Of a stretch of DNA of 64,000 nucleotides, positions 54,858 through 64,000 are shown in pieces. Positions within the stretch are counted from its first letter, which is position 1, and each line of letters begins with the position of its first letter. Position numbers and translations under genes: made by a program. Under the pieces are notes generated by a model. It searched no databases. It was given only the letters and a program-made list of their open reading frames with translations, and was not told the DNA's origin. Location: contig NZ_JBEPMB010000001.1 in the NCBI RefSeq assembly GCF_040545545.1, positions 807,002 to 871,001 of the forward strand, given 5' to 3'. The stretch comes from Rhizobium aquaticum. GTDB taxonomy: Bacteria > Pseudomonadota > Alphaproteobacteria > Rhizobiales > Rhizobiaceae.

Positions 54858-55724
54858 TCAGCCCAGCGCCTTGCCCTGACGGCCCGCCTCGTCCTGGACG
54901 AACTGCCAGGCGACACGGCCAGAGCGCGCGCCGCGCGTCGTTGCCCATTCGAGCGCCCGGTGATGCAGGTCCTCGCGGCTTCCTTCCAGCGCGAAATGGG
55001 CGGCATAGCCGTCGATCATGCCGAGATAGTCGTCCTGGCTGCATTTGTGGAAGCCGAGCCAGAGGCCGAAACGGTCGGAGAGCGAGACTTTTTCTTCGAC
55101 CGCTTCCGACGGATTGATCGCGGTCGACTGCTCGTTTTCGATCATGTTGCGCGGAAGCAGGTGGCGGCGGTTCGACGTCGCGTAGAAGATCACATTGTCC
55201 GGTCGCCCTTCAATACCGCCGTCGAGCGCGGCCTTCAGCGACTTGTAAGACGTGTCGTCATTGTCGAAGGAGAGGTCGTCGCAATAAAGGATGATACGGA
55301 CCGGGCTTGTCCGAAGGATCTCCATGAGCGCCGGCAGGCTGTTGATGTCCTCGCGGTGGATTTCAACGAGCTTGATGGCGAGCGCCGGGTTTTCGCAGAG
55401 CCGCGCATGGACAGCCTTGACGAGCGACGACTTGCCCATGCCGCGCGCGCCCCAGAGGAGCACGTTGTTGGCCGGGAAACCGTCGGCAAAACGCTTGGTG
55501 TTTTCGAACAGAATGTCGCGGACATGATCGACACCGTGGATCAGTTCCAGCTTGACGCGGTTCGGGCGGCTGACGGGCTGCAGGAAGCTGCGGGCCGGAG
55601 ACCAAACGAAGCAGTCTGCGGCCGACCAGTCGTTTTCGGCAGGCTTGGGCCCGGCGATTCTTTCCAGAGCCTCGCGCAGCTGCCTGATCTCGATGAGAAG
55701 TTCGCGTGTCGTTTCATCAGACAT
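54858..55724 (-). CDS. DUF815 AAA-type ATP-binding protein
   Basis: Walker A GARGMGKSS. ATG 55724 with a GGAGGA RBS. Confidence 0.75.
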   Translation of the reverse strand: MSDETTRELLIEIRQLREALERIAGPKPAENDWSAADCFVWSPARSFLQPVSRPNRVKLELIHGVDHVRDILFENTKRFADGFPANNVLLWGARGMGKSSLVKAVHARLCENPALAIKLVEIHREDINSLPALMEILRTSPVRIILYCDDLSFDNDDTSYKSLKAALDGGIEGRPDNVIFYATSNRRHLLPRNMIENEQSTAINPSEAVEEKVSLSDRFGLWLGFHKCSQDDYLGMIDGYAAHFALEGSREDLHHRALEWATTRGARSGRVAWQFVQDEAGRQGKALG

Positions 55725-55917
55725 GCCGTTTCCTCCTGGGTATTCTTGAGTTTTACCGGGCCTAACATGCTGCAAATTTCGTCGAAAGGCCGATAAGTCC
55801 GGAAAACGTTCGCAAGCGGTAGCTATTTGTTGCATTCATGACCGCGGACACTATATTCCGGCGGCTTGAGACCAGGGGCGGCAATCGCGCTCCACACATG
55901 AATTGCAAGGAGTTTTC

Positions 55918-56265
55918 ATGTTCTTCACCGAAGCATTCGCCCAGAGCGCTGCCGCGCCTGCAGCAGGTGGCGGCCCGGCCGAGATCCTGCTTTCGATCGC
56001 GCCCTTCCTCCTGATCTTCGTCGTGATGTATTTCCTCATCATTCGCCCGCAGCGGACCCAGATGAAGCGCCGCGAAGAAATGCTGACCAACGTGCGCCGT
56101 GGCGACCAGGTCGTGACCGGCGGCGGCATCGTCGGCAAGGTGACCAAGGTGTTCGAAGACGAGAAGGAAGTGGAAGTCGAGATTGCCGACGGCGTGAAGA
56201 TCCGCGTCGTGCGTTCGCTGATTACCGAGGTCCGCGTCAAGGGTGAGCCCGTCGCCAAGCAGTGA
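55918..56265 (+). CDS. yajC: Preprotein translocase subunit YajC
   Basis: Single TM plus RPQ...GD-V-T-GG-VG-V YajC motif. Confidence 0.85.
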   Translation: MFFTEAFAQSAAAPAAGGGPAEILLSIAPFLLIFVVMYFLIIRPQRTQMKRREEMLTNVRRGDQVVTGGGIVGKVTKVFEDEKEVEVEIADGVKIRVVRSLITEVRVKGEPVAKQ

Positions 56266-56323
56266 CATTGCGCCCGTCCGGCATCACCGGGCGGGCTTCT
56301 TCTTCTGAAAGTCCGAGAGTCCC

Positions 56324-58879
56324 ATGCTCTATTATTCCCGTTGGAAGTCCATCTTCATCTGGCTTGTCATCGCCGTCAGCGTCATCATCGCGCTGCCCAA
56401 TGCGATCAGTGACAAGACGCTCTCGGGCCTTCCGTCATGGTTCCCGAAACACAAGATCACGCTGGGTCTCGACCTGCAGGGCGGCTCGCACGTCATGCTG
56501 CAGGTGGACCGTAACGACATCGTCAAGGAACGGCTTCAGTCGACCGTCGATGACGTTCGCACCAAGCTGCGCGAAGCCAATGTCGGCTACACGGGTCTTG
56601 CCGGCACGGGACAGACCGTTCAGGTTCGCATTCGTGACGTCGGCCAGCTTGACGCCGCCAAGAAGGCGCTTTCGACGCTGACGCAACCGATTTCTGCCGG
56701 CACGATCACGGGTGGTTCGGTGGTCGAGGCGACCCTGACGGATGCCGGCGATGGTCTTCTGAAGCTTACGATCACCGATCAGGGCATCGAATATCGCATG
56801 ACCTCGGCCGTGACGCAGTCAACCGAAGTCATCCGCCGCCGCGTTGACGAACTTGGCACAACGGAGCCGACCATTCAGCGCGAGGGTGCAGACCGCATCA
56901 TCGTTCAAGTTCCCGGCCTGCAGGATCCGCAGCGCCTGAAGAACATTTTGAACCAGACCGCAAAACTCTCTTTCCACATGGTGGATCAGACGATGTCGGC
57001 GCAGGATGCGCTGAACGGCCGCGCGCCAGCCACGTCGGAAGTGATGTATTCCAATGACGACCCGCCGGTTCCGTATCTCATCGAAAAGCGCTCGCTCGTC
57101 TCGGGTGAAGACCTCGTCGATGCGCAGGCGAGCTTCAATTCGCAGACCAACGAGCCGGTCGTGACCTTCCGCTTCGATTCCAAGGGCGCTACGCGCTTTG
57201 CGCAGGCGACCAGCGAGAATGTCGGCAAGCCCTTCGCCATCGTGCTCGACAATGACGTTCTCTCCGCTCCGGTCATCCGCGAGCCAATTCTTGGCGGGTC
57301 GGGCCAGATTTCAGGCAGCTTCTCGGTGCAGTCGGCGAACGACCTTGCCGTTCTGCTGCGCGCCGGCGCGTTGCCGGCGAAGCTCACGGTGGTTGAAGAG
57401 CGTACGGTCGGTCCGGGTCTCGGTGCCGATTCGATCAAGAGCGGCGTGATCGCCGGTGCCCTCGGCTCCGTACTCGTTATCGTCTTCATGATGGTCTTCT
57501 ACGGTCTGCTCGGCTTCATCGCCAATGTGGCGGTGACGCTCAACGTCATCATGATCCTCGCGATCCTGACAATGCTGGGCGCGACGCTGACGCTGCCGGG
57601 TATCGCGGGTATCGTTCTGACCATCGGTGTTGCCGTGGACGCGAACGTTCTTGTCTACGAGCGTATTCGCGAAGACTTCAAGAACGGCAAGTCGTTCCTG
57701 CCGGCGGTGGAGAGCGGGTTCACCCGCGCCTTCGCAACGATCGTCGATGCCAACGTCACCCACTTCATCGCCGCTGCCGTGCTCTTCTTCCTCGGGTCCG
57801 GCCCCATCCGTGGCTTTGCCATCACGCTGATGATCGGTATCGTCACGACCGTCTTCACCGCCTACACGCTGACCCGCTGGCTGGTGGCCATCTGGGTGCG
57901 CCGTGCGCGTCCGAAGGCCGTGCCGAAGGGCGTTCGCACCGGCTTCTTCGACGGTTCGAACATCCGCTTCATGCGGCTGCGGAACTTCAACTTCGGCCTG
58001 TCGGCCATGCTTTCGGTCGCTTCCGTCGTGGGCTTCATGACGCTCGGGATGAATCTCGGCATCGACTTCACCGGTGGCTCGATCTTCCAGGTGAAGTCGA
58101 TCCAGGGCGAGGCCAATCTGGAGAACCTGCGAACGCGGCTATCCGGGCTGAACCTCGGTGAAGTCATGGTGCAGGGTTTTGGTTCGCCCTCCGAAGCACT
58201 CATCCGCGTGCAGGCGCAGAACCGGGGTGAGAATGCCGAGCAGTCGGTGGATTCGCTGGTGCGCGGCGAGCTCGAGAAGGACTACAGCTTCTCGCGCGTC
58301 GAGGTCGTCGGTCCGACCGTTTCGGGCGAGCTTGCCAAGACGGGTACCATCGGGGTGACCGTCGCGCTTATCGGCATCCTGCTCTATGTCTGGCTGCGGT
58401 TCGAGTGGCAGTTCGCGGTGGGGGCGATCATCGCCACGGTCCACGACGTGCTCCTAACCATCGGCATGTTCGTGATAACCGGGACCGAATTCAACGTATC
58501 GAGTATCGCGGCGGTGCTGACCATCGTGGGTTATTCGCTGAACGATACTGTCGTCATTTACGACCGTGTCCGGGAGACGATGCGACGATACAAGAAGATG
58601 CCGATGTCGCTGATCATCGACACGTCGACCAACCAGACGATGTCGCGAACGATCATGACCTCCATTACCACGTCGCTGGCCATCCTCGCGCTGGTTATCT
58701 TCGGCGGCGAAGTCATCCGGTCTTTCACGATCGCCATGCTCTTCGGCGTGATCGTCGGTACCTATTCGTCGATCTATATCGCAGCGCCGATCCTCATCCT
58801 CTTCAAGCTGCGTTCCGACGATGGCGCGAATTCCAAGGATGACGAGGAAGACGCGGCATTGCCGGCTGGCGCGAAATGA
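56324..58879 (+). CDS. secDF: Fused protein-export membrane protein SecD/SecF
   Basis: 851 aa: SecD periplasmic domain plus 6 TM, followed by SecF (MRLRNFNFGL...). Confidence 0.9.
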   Translation: MLYYSRWKSIFIWLVIAVSVIIALPNAISDKTLSGLPSWFPKHKITLGLDLQGGSHVMLQVDRNDIVKERLQSTVDDVRTKLREANVGYTGLAGTGQTVQVRIRDVGQLDAAKKALSTLTQPISAGTITGGSVVEATLTDAGDGLLKLTITDQGIEYRMTSAVTQSTEVIRRRVDELGTTEPTIQREGADRIIVQVPGLQDPQRLKNILNQTAKLSFHMVDQTMSAQDALNGRAPATSEVMYSNDDPPVPYLIEKRSLVSGEDLVDAQASFNSQTNEPVVTFRFDSKGATRFAQATSENVGKPFAIVLDNDVLSAPVIREPILGGSGQISGSFSVQSANDLAVLLRAGALPAKLTVVEERTVGPGLGADSIKSGVIAGALGSVLVIVFMMVFYGLLGFIANVAVTLNVIMILAILTMLGATLTLPGIAGIVLTIGVAVDANVLVYERIREDFKNGKSFLPAVESGFTRAFATIVDANVTHFIAAAVLFFLGSGPIRGFAITLMIGIVTTVFTAYTLTRWLVAIWVRRARPKAVPKGVRTGFFDGSNIRFMRLRNFNFGLSAMLSVASVVGFMTLGMNLGIDFTGGSIFQVKSIQGEANLENLRTRLSGLNLGEVMVQGFGSPSEALIRVQAQNRGENAEQSVDSLVRGELEKDYSFSRVEVVGPTVSGELAKTGTIGVTVALIGILLYVWLRFEWQFAVGAIIATVHDVLLTIGMFVITGTEFNVSSIAAVLTIVGYSLNDTVVIYDRVRETMRRYKKMPMSLIIDTSTNQTMSRTIMTSITTSLAILALVIFGGEVIRSFTIAMLFGVIVGTYSSIYIAAPILILFKLRSDDGANSKDDEEDAALPAGAK

Positions 58880-58892
58880 GCAGGGGCGCCAA

Positions 58893-59273
58893 GTGAGCAG
58901 GGGTGAAGGCCCCGGCTATCTGCCCGAGCAGGCGCAGATCGACGTCTATGGCAATGGCGGCTTCCGCTTCGCGGACATGTCGCATCGCGGCTCCATCCTC
59001 TGCCTGCCGTCCGGCATTCATGCCTGGACGGCAGTGGAGGGGCAGCCGCTCAAACCTGACGATTTTGACAAGGTGATTGCCGAAGCGGAACGGATCGAAT
59101 TCCTGCTGGTTGGAACAGGCCTCGATATCAAGCCACTCTCGGCGGAACTGAAAGCGCTTTTCCGGTCGCATGGGATGAATTCCGATCCGATGAGCACGGG
59201 GGCTGCCGTGCGCACCTATAATATCATGCTGTCGGAGAAGCGGCCGGTCGCAGCGGCCTTCATCGCCGTTTGA
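58893..59273 (+). CDS. Mth938-like domain protein (DUF498)
   Basis: IDVYGNGGFRF...LLVGTG... Mth938/NDUFAF3-like fold. GTG start. Confidence 0.55.
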   Translation: MSRGEGPGYLPEQAQIDVYGNGGFRFADMSHRGSILCLPSGIHAWTAVEGQPLKPDDFDKVIAEAERIEFLLVGTGLDIKPLSAELKALFRSHGMNSDPMSTGAAVRTYNIMLSEKRPVAAAFIAV

Positions 59274-59289
59274 GGCTTGAGGAAACCGC

Positions 59290-60162
59290 ATGCCGATGTC
59301 TGACCCTGCCGCCAAGTCTGCCCTCGACGACGCCTTCGCCTATTGTCTTTCGACACTGCGCGATCTCGACCGTGACCGTTATCTCGCCTGCCTGCTGATG
59401 CCGGAGGCGATGCAGCGCGACATGGCCGCGCTCTATCTGTTCAACGCTGAAATTGCGCGGGTGCGCGATCTGGTGCGCGAGCCCTTACCCGGCGAAATCC
59501 GCCTGCAATGGTGGCGGGATCTCTTCGAGAAATCAAATAAGGGCGAGGATGCCGGGCCGTTGGCCGCAGCGCTTTTCGATGTGATCGATCGTCATAATCT
59601 GCCGCGCAGGGTGCTGATGAGCATGTGCGAGGCTCGTATTTTCGATCTCTATGATGATGCGATGCCGTCACGGAACGATTTCGAGGGCTATGCCGGCGAA
59701 ACGGCCTCCGCGCTGATCCAGCTCGGGCTGATGATTGCAGCATCGGCGCAGGCACAGGCGCATGCGGGGGCCGCTGGCCATGCCGGCGTCGCGCAGGCGG
59801 TCGCCGGCGCGCTTCTCCTGATGCCGCGTCATGCCGTGCGCGGGCAGGTCTATCTGCCGCTCGACATGCTCTCCGCCGTCGGGCTCGACCGTGAGGCATT
59901 TCTGGCACGCGAGGACAAGCCGCGCCTTAATGCGGCCATCGAGATCTTTGCGACCTTCGGTTTGGAGCATCTGGACAAGGCACGGGCGCATCTGCCGGCC
60001 TCGGGCGAAGCTTTCGGGCCGTTCCTGCCGGCCGCGCTGACCCGAGGCGTGCTGAAACGCGCACTGAAAGAAAAGGCAGGCGTTTTCGCGACAAATATTG
60101 CGCCCGGTCCGCTCGGCGCTCAGTGGCGCCTCTGGCGGGCATCGCGCAGGCGGACGCTCTGA
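59290..60162 (+). CDS. Squalene/phytoene synthase family protein
   Basis: Isoprenoid-synthase fold with a DRDRY-like aspartate region. Confidence 0.7.
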   Translation: MPMSDPAAKSALDDAFAYCLSTLRDLDRDRYLACLLMPEAMQRDMAALYLFNAEIARVRDLVREPLPGEIRLQWWRDLFEKSNKGEDAGPLAAALFDVIDRHNLPRRVLMSMCEARIFDLYDDAMPSRNDFEGYAGETASALIQLGLMIAASAQAQAHAGAAGHAGVAQAVAGALLLMPRHAVRGQVYLPLDMLSAVGLDREAFLAREDKPRLNAAIEIFATFGLEHLDKARAHLPASGEAFGPFLPAALTRGVLKRALKEKAGVFATNIAPGPLGAQWRLWRASRRRTL

Positions 60163-60240
60163 ACGCATAGGCAAAATTCGGACAAGCTCCGGCTTTTAAA
60201 GAGAGGGCTTGTTTTCTCGTCGCAACGGTGGAGATAACCC

Positions 60241-60696
60241 GTGCCCGCCACCTATGTCTGGCTGCTGGCGATCTTCCTGATCACCATGTTTTCCATCTAT
60301 TCGATGCAGCTTGCCGCGCGTCATCGGGAAGAGGACGAGGATGCCGGGCCTGCACTGATCGAGTTCGGCCGCGCGTTTCCCAAGGAAGCCGTGCGCGACG
60401 TGGTGGCGACCGCCGACCGGCAGACGGTGTTTCTCAGGCTCTTCGACAACAAGGTGGGCTGCGTGCATTATCGCGGTCGAACATTGGCCTGCCGGCTGCT
60501 GCATCCGGGAACTGTCACTGTGTTGCCGGGCGAGAATGAATACACCGTTCGGCTTGATTTCAAGAAAAACACGTCCGAAAGCGGCGAGTTCATATTTGCC
60601 TCCGAAAGGCAGGCGGCGGAGGTGTCGCTCTGGCTGCTCGGTAGCTTCGCCGCCAGTGGCGGCGGCGATGATTCGACGGCACTGAGCCCGGCCTGA
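60241..60696 (+). CDS. Hypothetical membrane-anchored protein (151 aa)
   Basis: GTG with a GGAG RBS 9 nt upstream and an N-terminal TM. No recognisable family. Confidence 0.4.
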   Translation: MPATYVWLLAIFLITMFSIYSMQLAARHREEDEDAGPALIEFGRAFPKEAVRDVVATADRQTVFLRLFDNKVGCVHYRGRTLACRLLHPGTVTVLPGENEYTVRLDFKKNTSESGEFIFASERQAAEVSLWLLGSFAASGGGDDSTALSPA

Positions 60697-60761
60697 GTGG
60701 CCCGGATATCACCAAATTCAGCGCATCGTGTCGCTGAAATTTTTCGTTTGTCTGGCTTTCG

Positions 60762-62180
60762 TTACGCCGTTTCCAGCCAGGCTTTGCAGGCACTCAGCGC
60801 GCGGGCGCTCATCGCCTTCTTCTTGGCGATTGCCTTGTCCTTGCCGCGGAAGCGCTTGAGGCCTTCCGGTCTCACGATCGCGCCCGCTTCCAGCTCCGGG
60901 AACAGGCCGAAATTGACATTCATCGGTTGGAAGGAGCGCTTGCCCGGTTCTTCATCGGTCGTCAGATGCCCGCCGGTGATATGGCCGAGGAGGGCGCCAA
61001 GCGCAGTTTCCGGCGGTGGCGGCACGATGTCGCGGCCGAGCCGTTCTGCGGCGGCGAAACGGCCGGCGAGCAGGCCGATGCTGGCGCTTTCGACATAGCC
61101 TTCGCAGCCGGTGATCTGGCCGGCAAAACGCAGACCGGGTCGCGACTTCAGTGTCAGCGAGCGGTCGAGCAGGACGGGCGAGTTGATATAGGTGTTGCGA
61201 TGCAGGCCGCCGAGACGGGCGAATTCTGCATTCTGCAGGCCGGGAATCATGCGGAAGATTTCCGCCTGCGCTCCATATTTCAGCTTCGTCTGGAAGCCCA
61301 CCATGTTGTAGAGCGTGCCGAGCGCATTGTCCTGGCGCAGCTGCACGACGGCATAGGCCTTGACCGTCGGGTTGTGCGCGTTGGTGAGGCCCATGGGCTT
61401 CATAGGGCCGTGGCGCAGCGTCTCGCGGCCGCGCTCGGCCATGATCTCGATGGGAAGGCAGCCGTCGAAATAGGGCGTACCTTCCCATTCGTGGAAACCG
61501 GTCTTGTCGCCGGCGATCAGTGCATCGACAAAGGCATTGTACTGCTCTTCGTCCATCGGGCAGTTGATATAGTCCTTGCCCGTGCCGCCGGGGCCGACCT
61601 TGTCGTAACGTGACTGATACCAGCAGATGTCCATGTCGATGGAATCGCGGTGCACGATGGGAGCGATCGCATCGAAAAAGGCGAGCTGGTCTTCGCCGGT
61701 CGCCTTCTGGATCGCCTTGGCGAGACCTGAAGATGTCAGCGGGCCGGTTGCCACGATGGCGAGATCCCACTCTTCCGGCGGCAGGTCGTCGATTTCCTCC
61801 CGCACGATGGTGATCAGCGGTTCGGCTTCCAGTGCACGGGTTACCGCGTCGGAAAAGCCGTCGCGGTCAACGGCGAGGGCACCGCCGGCGGGAACCTGGT
61901 GCCTGTCGGCACATGACATGATGAGCGAGCCGGCCATGCGCATTTCGGCGTGGATAACGCCAACGGCGTTCGCTTCGGCATCGTCGGAGCGGAAAGAATT
62001 GGAGCAGACGAGCTCGGCAAGACCGTCGGTCTTGTGGGCGTCCGTGCCTTTGACGCCGCGCATTTCGTGCAGGATGACCGGAACGCCGGCGCGCGCGAGC
62101 TGCCAGGCGGCTTCGGAGCCGGCGAGACCGCCGCCGACAACGTGAACGGGGGAGATGGAAGTCGCGAAGATGTTTGTCAT
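60762..62180 (-). CDS. trmFO: Methylenetetrahydrofolate--tRNA-(U54-C5)-methyltransferase TrmFO
   Basis: FAD-binding [16 protein letters not shown] plus TrmFO/Gid body. Confidence 0.9.
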   Translation of the reverse strand: MTNIFATSISPVHVVGGGLAGSEAAWQLARAGVPVILHEMRGVKGTDAHKTDGLAELVCSNSFRSDDAEANAVGVIHAEMRMAGSLIMSCADRHQVPAGGALAVDRDGFSDAVTRALEAEPLITIVREEIDDLPPEEWDLAIVATGPLTSSGLAKAIQKATGEDQLAFFDAIAPIVHRDSIDMDICWYQSRYDKVGPGGTGKDYINCPMDEEQYNAFVDALIAGDKTGFHEWEGTPYFDGCLPIEIMAERGRETLRHGPMKPMGLTNAHNPTVKAYAVVQLRQDNALGTLYNMVGFQTKLKYGAQAEIFRMIPGLQNAEFARLGGLHRNTYINSPVLLDRSLTLKSRPGLRFAGQITGCEGYVESASIGLLAGRFAAAERLGRDIVPPPPETALGALLGHITGGHLTTDEEPGKRSFQPMNVNFGLFPELEAGAIVRPEGLKRFRGKDKAIAKKKAMSARALSACKAWLETA

Positions 62181-62312
62181 GGGCGGCTCCATATCATGAG
62201 CGAAGGGGCAAGCACGACAAAAAATTCACGATCCGATTGAGAGTCTTATCGACAGAATCGAAACGGCGCCGAGATGGCGCCGTTGCAGACATTCAACAAT
62301 CTTACGGACGGT

Positions 62313-62456
62313 TCAGCGTGCCTGGCGGGCAGCGACCATACGGATGTCGTAACGCGTCAGGCCGATGTCGCTGAGCGTGTGCGAAGGCAGATTGCTCAGT
62401 TCGGACAGCGTGCGGCGGTAGGACAGCCAGCTCTTGGCAAGACGGATCGGGTTCAT
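62313..62456 (-). CDS. DUF1127 mini-protein (47 aa)
   Basis: Hand-translated: MNPIRLAKSWLSYRRTLSELSNLPSHTLSDIGLTRYDIRMVAARQAR. Below the 60-aa ORF-track cutoff. Confidence 0.6.
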   Translation of the reverse strand: MNPIRLAKSWLSYRRTLSELSNLPSHTLSDIGLTRYDIRMVAARQAR

Positions 62457-62755
62457 GATGGTTTCCTCAAACGTTTTCTAGATCCACATGCGCCGGTATG
62501 CGTTGCATAACCGCCCCGTCATCGCTGTGGTCTTTCTATGAGTTTGTTATACCGCGTCGCAGCAGCAATGTGCAGTGCGGAATTTCATCATCTGCCATGC
62601 ATTTGTGCAAACGCTTGCCCAAGCCGCAATCGTTGCTCCAAAAATAGGCAGGTCAGCGCGTCGCTTTTAAGATATGGCGCGTCGCTTGCAGTGAAAATTC
62701 GCCTTAGAAACCAAAATGTTAATGATTTATGAGTGCCGAGCTCGAAAAACGGGCA

Positions 62756-62795
62756 GCAAAAAGCCCCGCGGGCAGAGCCGGCGGGGCTTTTCAAA
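62756..62795. terminator. Rho-independent-type terminator hairpin (AAAAGCCCCGCGGGCAGAGCCGGCGGGGCTTTT), potentially bidirectional
   Basis: GC-rich stem flanked by an A-run and a T-run, immediately downstream of the DUF1127 gene at 62815. Confidence 0.5.
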
Positions 62796-62814
62796 TGGGA
62801 GGTGTATGTGCCGA

Positions 62815-62958
62815 TCAGCGAACGGCGGCGCGGGCAACGCGCTGGATTTCCGAACGGGCAATGCCGAGGTCGGTCAGTTCGCGGTTCGACATGCGGTCGA
62901 GTTCGACAACGGTCTGACGGTACTTGCGCCAGTTGTTAAAAGAGCGAGCAATGTTCAT
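62815..62958 (-). CDS. DUF1127 mini-protein (47 aa)
   Basis: Hand-translated: MNIARSFNNWRKYRQTVVELDRMSNRELTDLGIARSEIQRVARAAVR. Confidence 0.6.
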   Translation of the reverse strand: MNIARSFNNWRKYRQTVVELDRMSNRELTDLGIARSEIQRVARAAVR

Positions 62959-63741
62959 GGCCTTTTCCTTCTCTAGGGTTTGGCAACGCGTCTGGCTGCC
63001 TCTTCTTCTCTGAGACCCTTTATATGTTGCATCGCAGCAATGATAAAGCGCAATTCCGGCAGGTCACCCATGCGCCAGATGCATGACGCCTTGCAAAGGT
63101 CCGATTTTGTTAAGAGTTTTTTAACGCGACGTTGTAGAGGCACGTCTGTGCCTGAAGGAAGGATCTTCGCAGTTGCATCGGCGCCGGTCGGTCGAGCACG
63201 TAAACTGCAGGGGCGAAGACGTTTATGGCGGAACGGATATTCCGTTTTGAAACGACGCTTGCGACGATGATCGGAGGATGTTGGAAGGTTATGCCCAGAA
63301 ATTATAACGCCCGCCGCGGGAGGAGGTGCGGCGGGCGTCATATAAGAGACTGACAACTGGGAGGAGGAGTGTTGCCAGTCATAAACGAGACGCCCTGGGA
63401 GGAGGAGTAGGCAATCTCGAATTCAAATTTCGCGTCTCAGCCGGTTCTGCAGTTCGCTGCGCCCGTCTGATGGTTCAAATATAGATCATCTATTCCGTTT
63501 TGTGCACTGCAAAATAGTCATATGTGGCATGCGCTCATCGCATGGCTTTTGTCTATCGTCTTTGGGGACGATAGCAGGCGTCTCTTAAGATCGTGCTAAA
63601 GCGCCCGCTGCTTCTCCCTGTACATATAGGGATGAGGGCGGGAATATGCGCTAATTTCTGTTGCGATCTTCATGCCGGGTGATATAGAGGCGGCTTCCGT
63701 GCGGGCCGGTTTCTTGAGGAGAGGGTGGGCCTGCTGTGAGA

Positions 63742-63826
63742 GCGGGTATGGCGGAATTGGTAGACGCAGTGGATTTAGGTTCCACCGCTGAAAGGCGTGG
63801 GGGTTCGAGTCCCTCTACCCGCACCA
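63742..63826 (+). tRNA. tRNA-Leu (anticodon TAG)
   Basis: Acceptor stem gcgggta/tacccgc, anticodon loop ttTAGgt, long variable arm, GGTTCGAGT T-loop, encoded CCA. Confidence 0.85.
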
Positions 63827-64000
63827 TATATAAAGAGGCAGATTGGCAGGCGAACGAGAGGCTTTTGCGCGCGAACGCGCCATTTTGCTTGCCAAAGTGC
63901 CCGGAATTTGCATAGAAGCCACTCCGGCAAATCGAGGTTCCGGCAGCGCGCCTCGCGATCAATGAGGCAAAAGATACGCGCCGCCGCTTGGAAATGAAGG

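Noticed and set aside
58880-58900. Short direct repeat gagcagggg x2 at the secDF/Mth938-like junction
   Set aside because: Too short to be meaningful. It probably just reflects the GTG-start context.
63651-63962. 103-aa minus-strand ORF
   Set aside because: It overlaps the tRNA-Leu(TAG) gene on the opposite strand, so it is almost certainly non-coding.

Overview
This is a GC-rich (~60-62%) chromosomal segment that reads like a Rhizobiaceae (Rhizobium/Agrobacterium-type) alphaproteobacterium. It is densely packed with housekeeping genes and has no IS elements, integrases or CRISPR arrays. Recognisable blocks, in order, are listed below.
- methyltransferase, gpt, usp, cinA-like, wrbA, tRNA-Leu(TAA), ilvA, arsC and a MocR regulator;
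- a DUF1127 gene, an intergenic repeat patch, and a cobalamin riboswitch in front of bluB;
- a divergent soxR/DMT-transporter pair with a SoxR box;
- a DUF2865 gene followed by a LuxR/LuxI-type quorum-sensing pair, then maeB;
- an LpxH-like phosphoesterase, a GNAT, a parDE-like TA pair, and a NUDIX gene coupled to a DEAD-box helicase;
- LysE, an M23 peptidase, DUF455-bcp, an AsmA-family giant protein, an SGNH hydrolase, tyrS and anmK;
- flotillin, patatin, a PIN-toxin/antitoxin pair and an alpha/beta hydrolase;
- the iron-regulated suf operon (nifS-like, sufB, X, sufC, sufD, sufS, sufT, sufA), a PAS histidine kinase with a stand-alone receiver, and a cupin;
- gcvT-gcvH-gcvP with a tandem glycine riboswitch and REP-like hairpins;
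- VOC-kdsA-DUF2233, a DUF815 ATPase, yajC-secDF, an Mth938-like gene, a phytoene-synthase-like gene and trmFO;
- two tandem DUF1127 mini-genes and tRNA-Leu(TAG).

The most unusual signal is gene X, a ~0.9 kb, clearly lower-GC 300-aa ORF wedged exactly between sufB and sufC inside the otherwise canonical, essential suf operon. It looks like a horizontally acquired single-gene module, possibly abortive-infection/defence-like. Accessory-looking lower-GC toxin-antitoxin pairs, a LuxRI locus with a palindromic box, IRO/ICE-like iron boxes upstream of suf, and paralogous DUF1127 mini-genes are also noted. All family assignments come from reading the translated ORFs and motifs; no database search was run.
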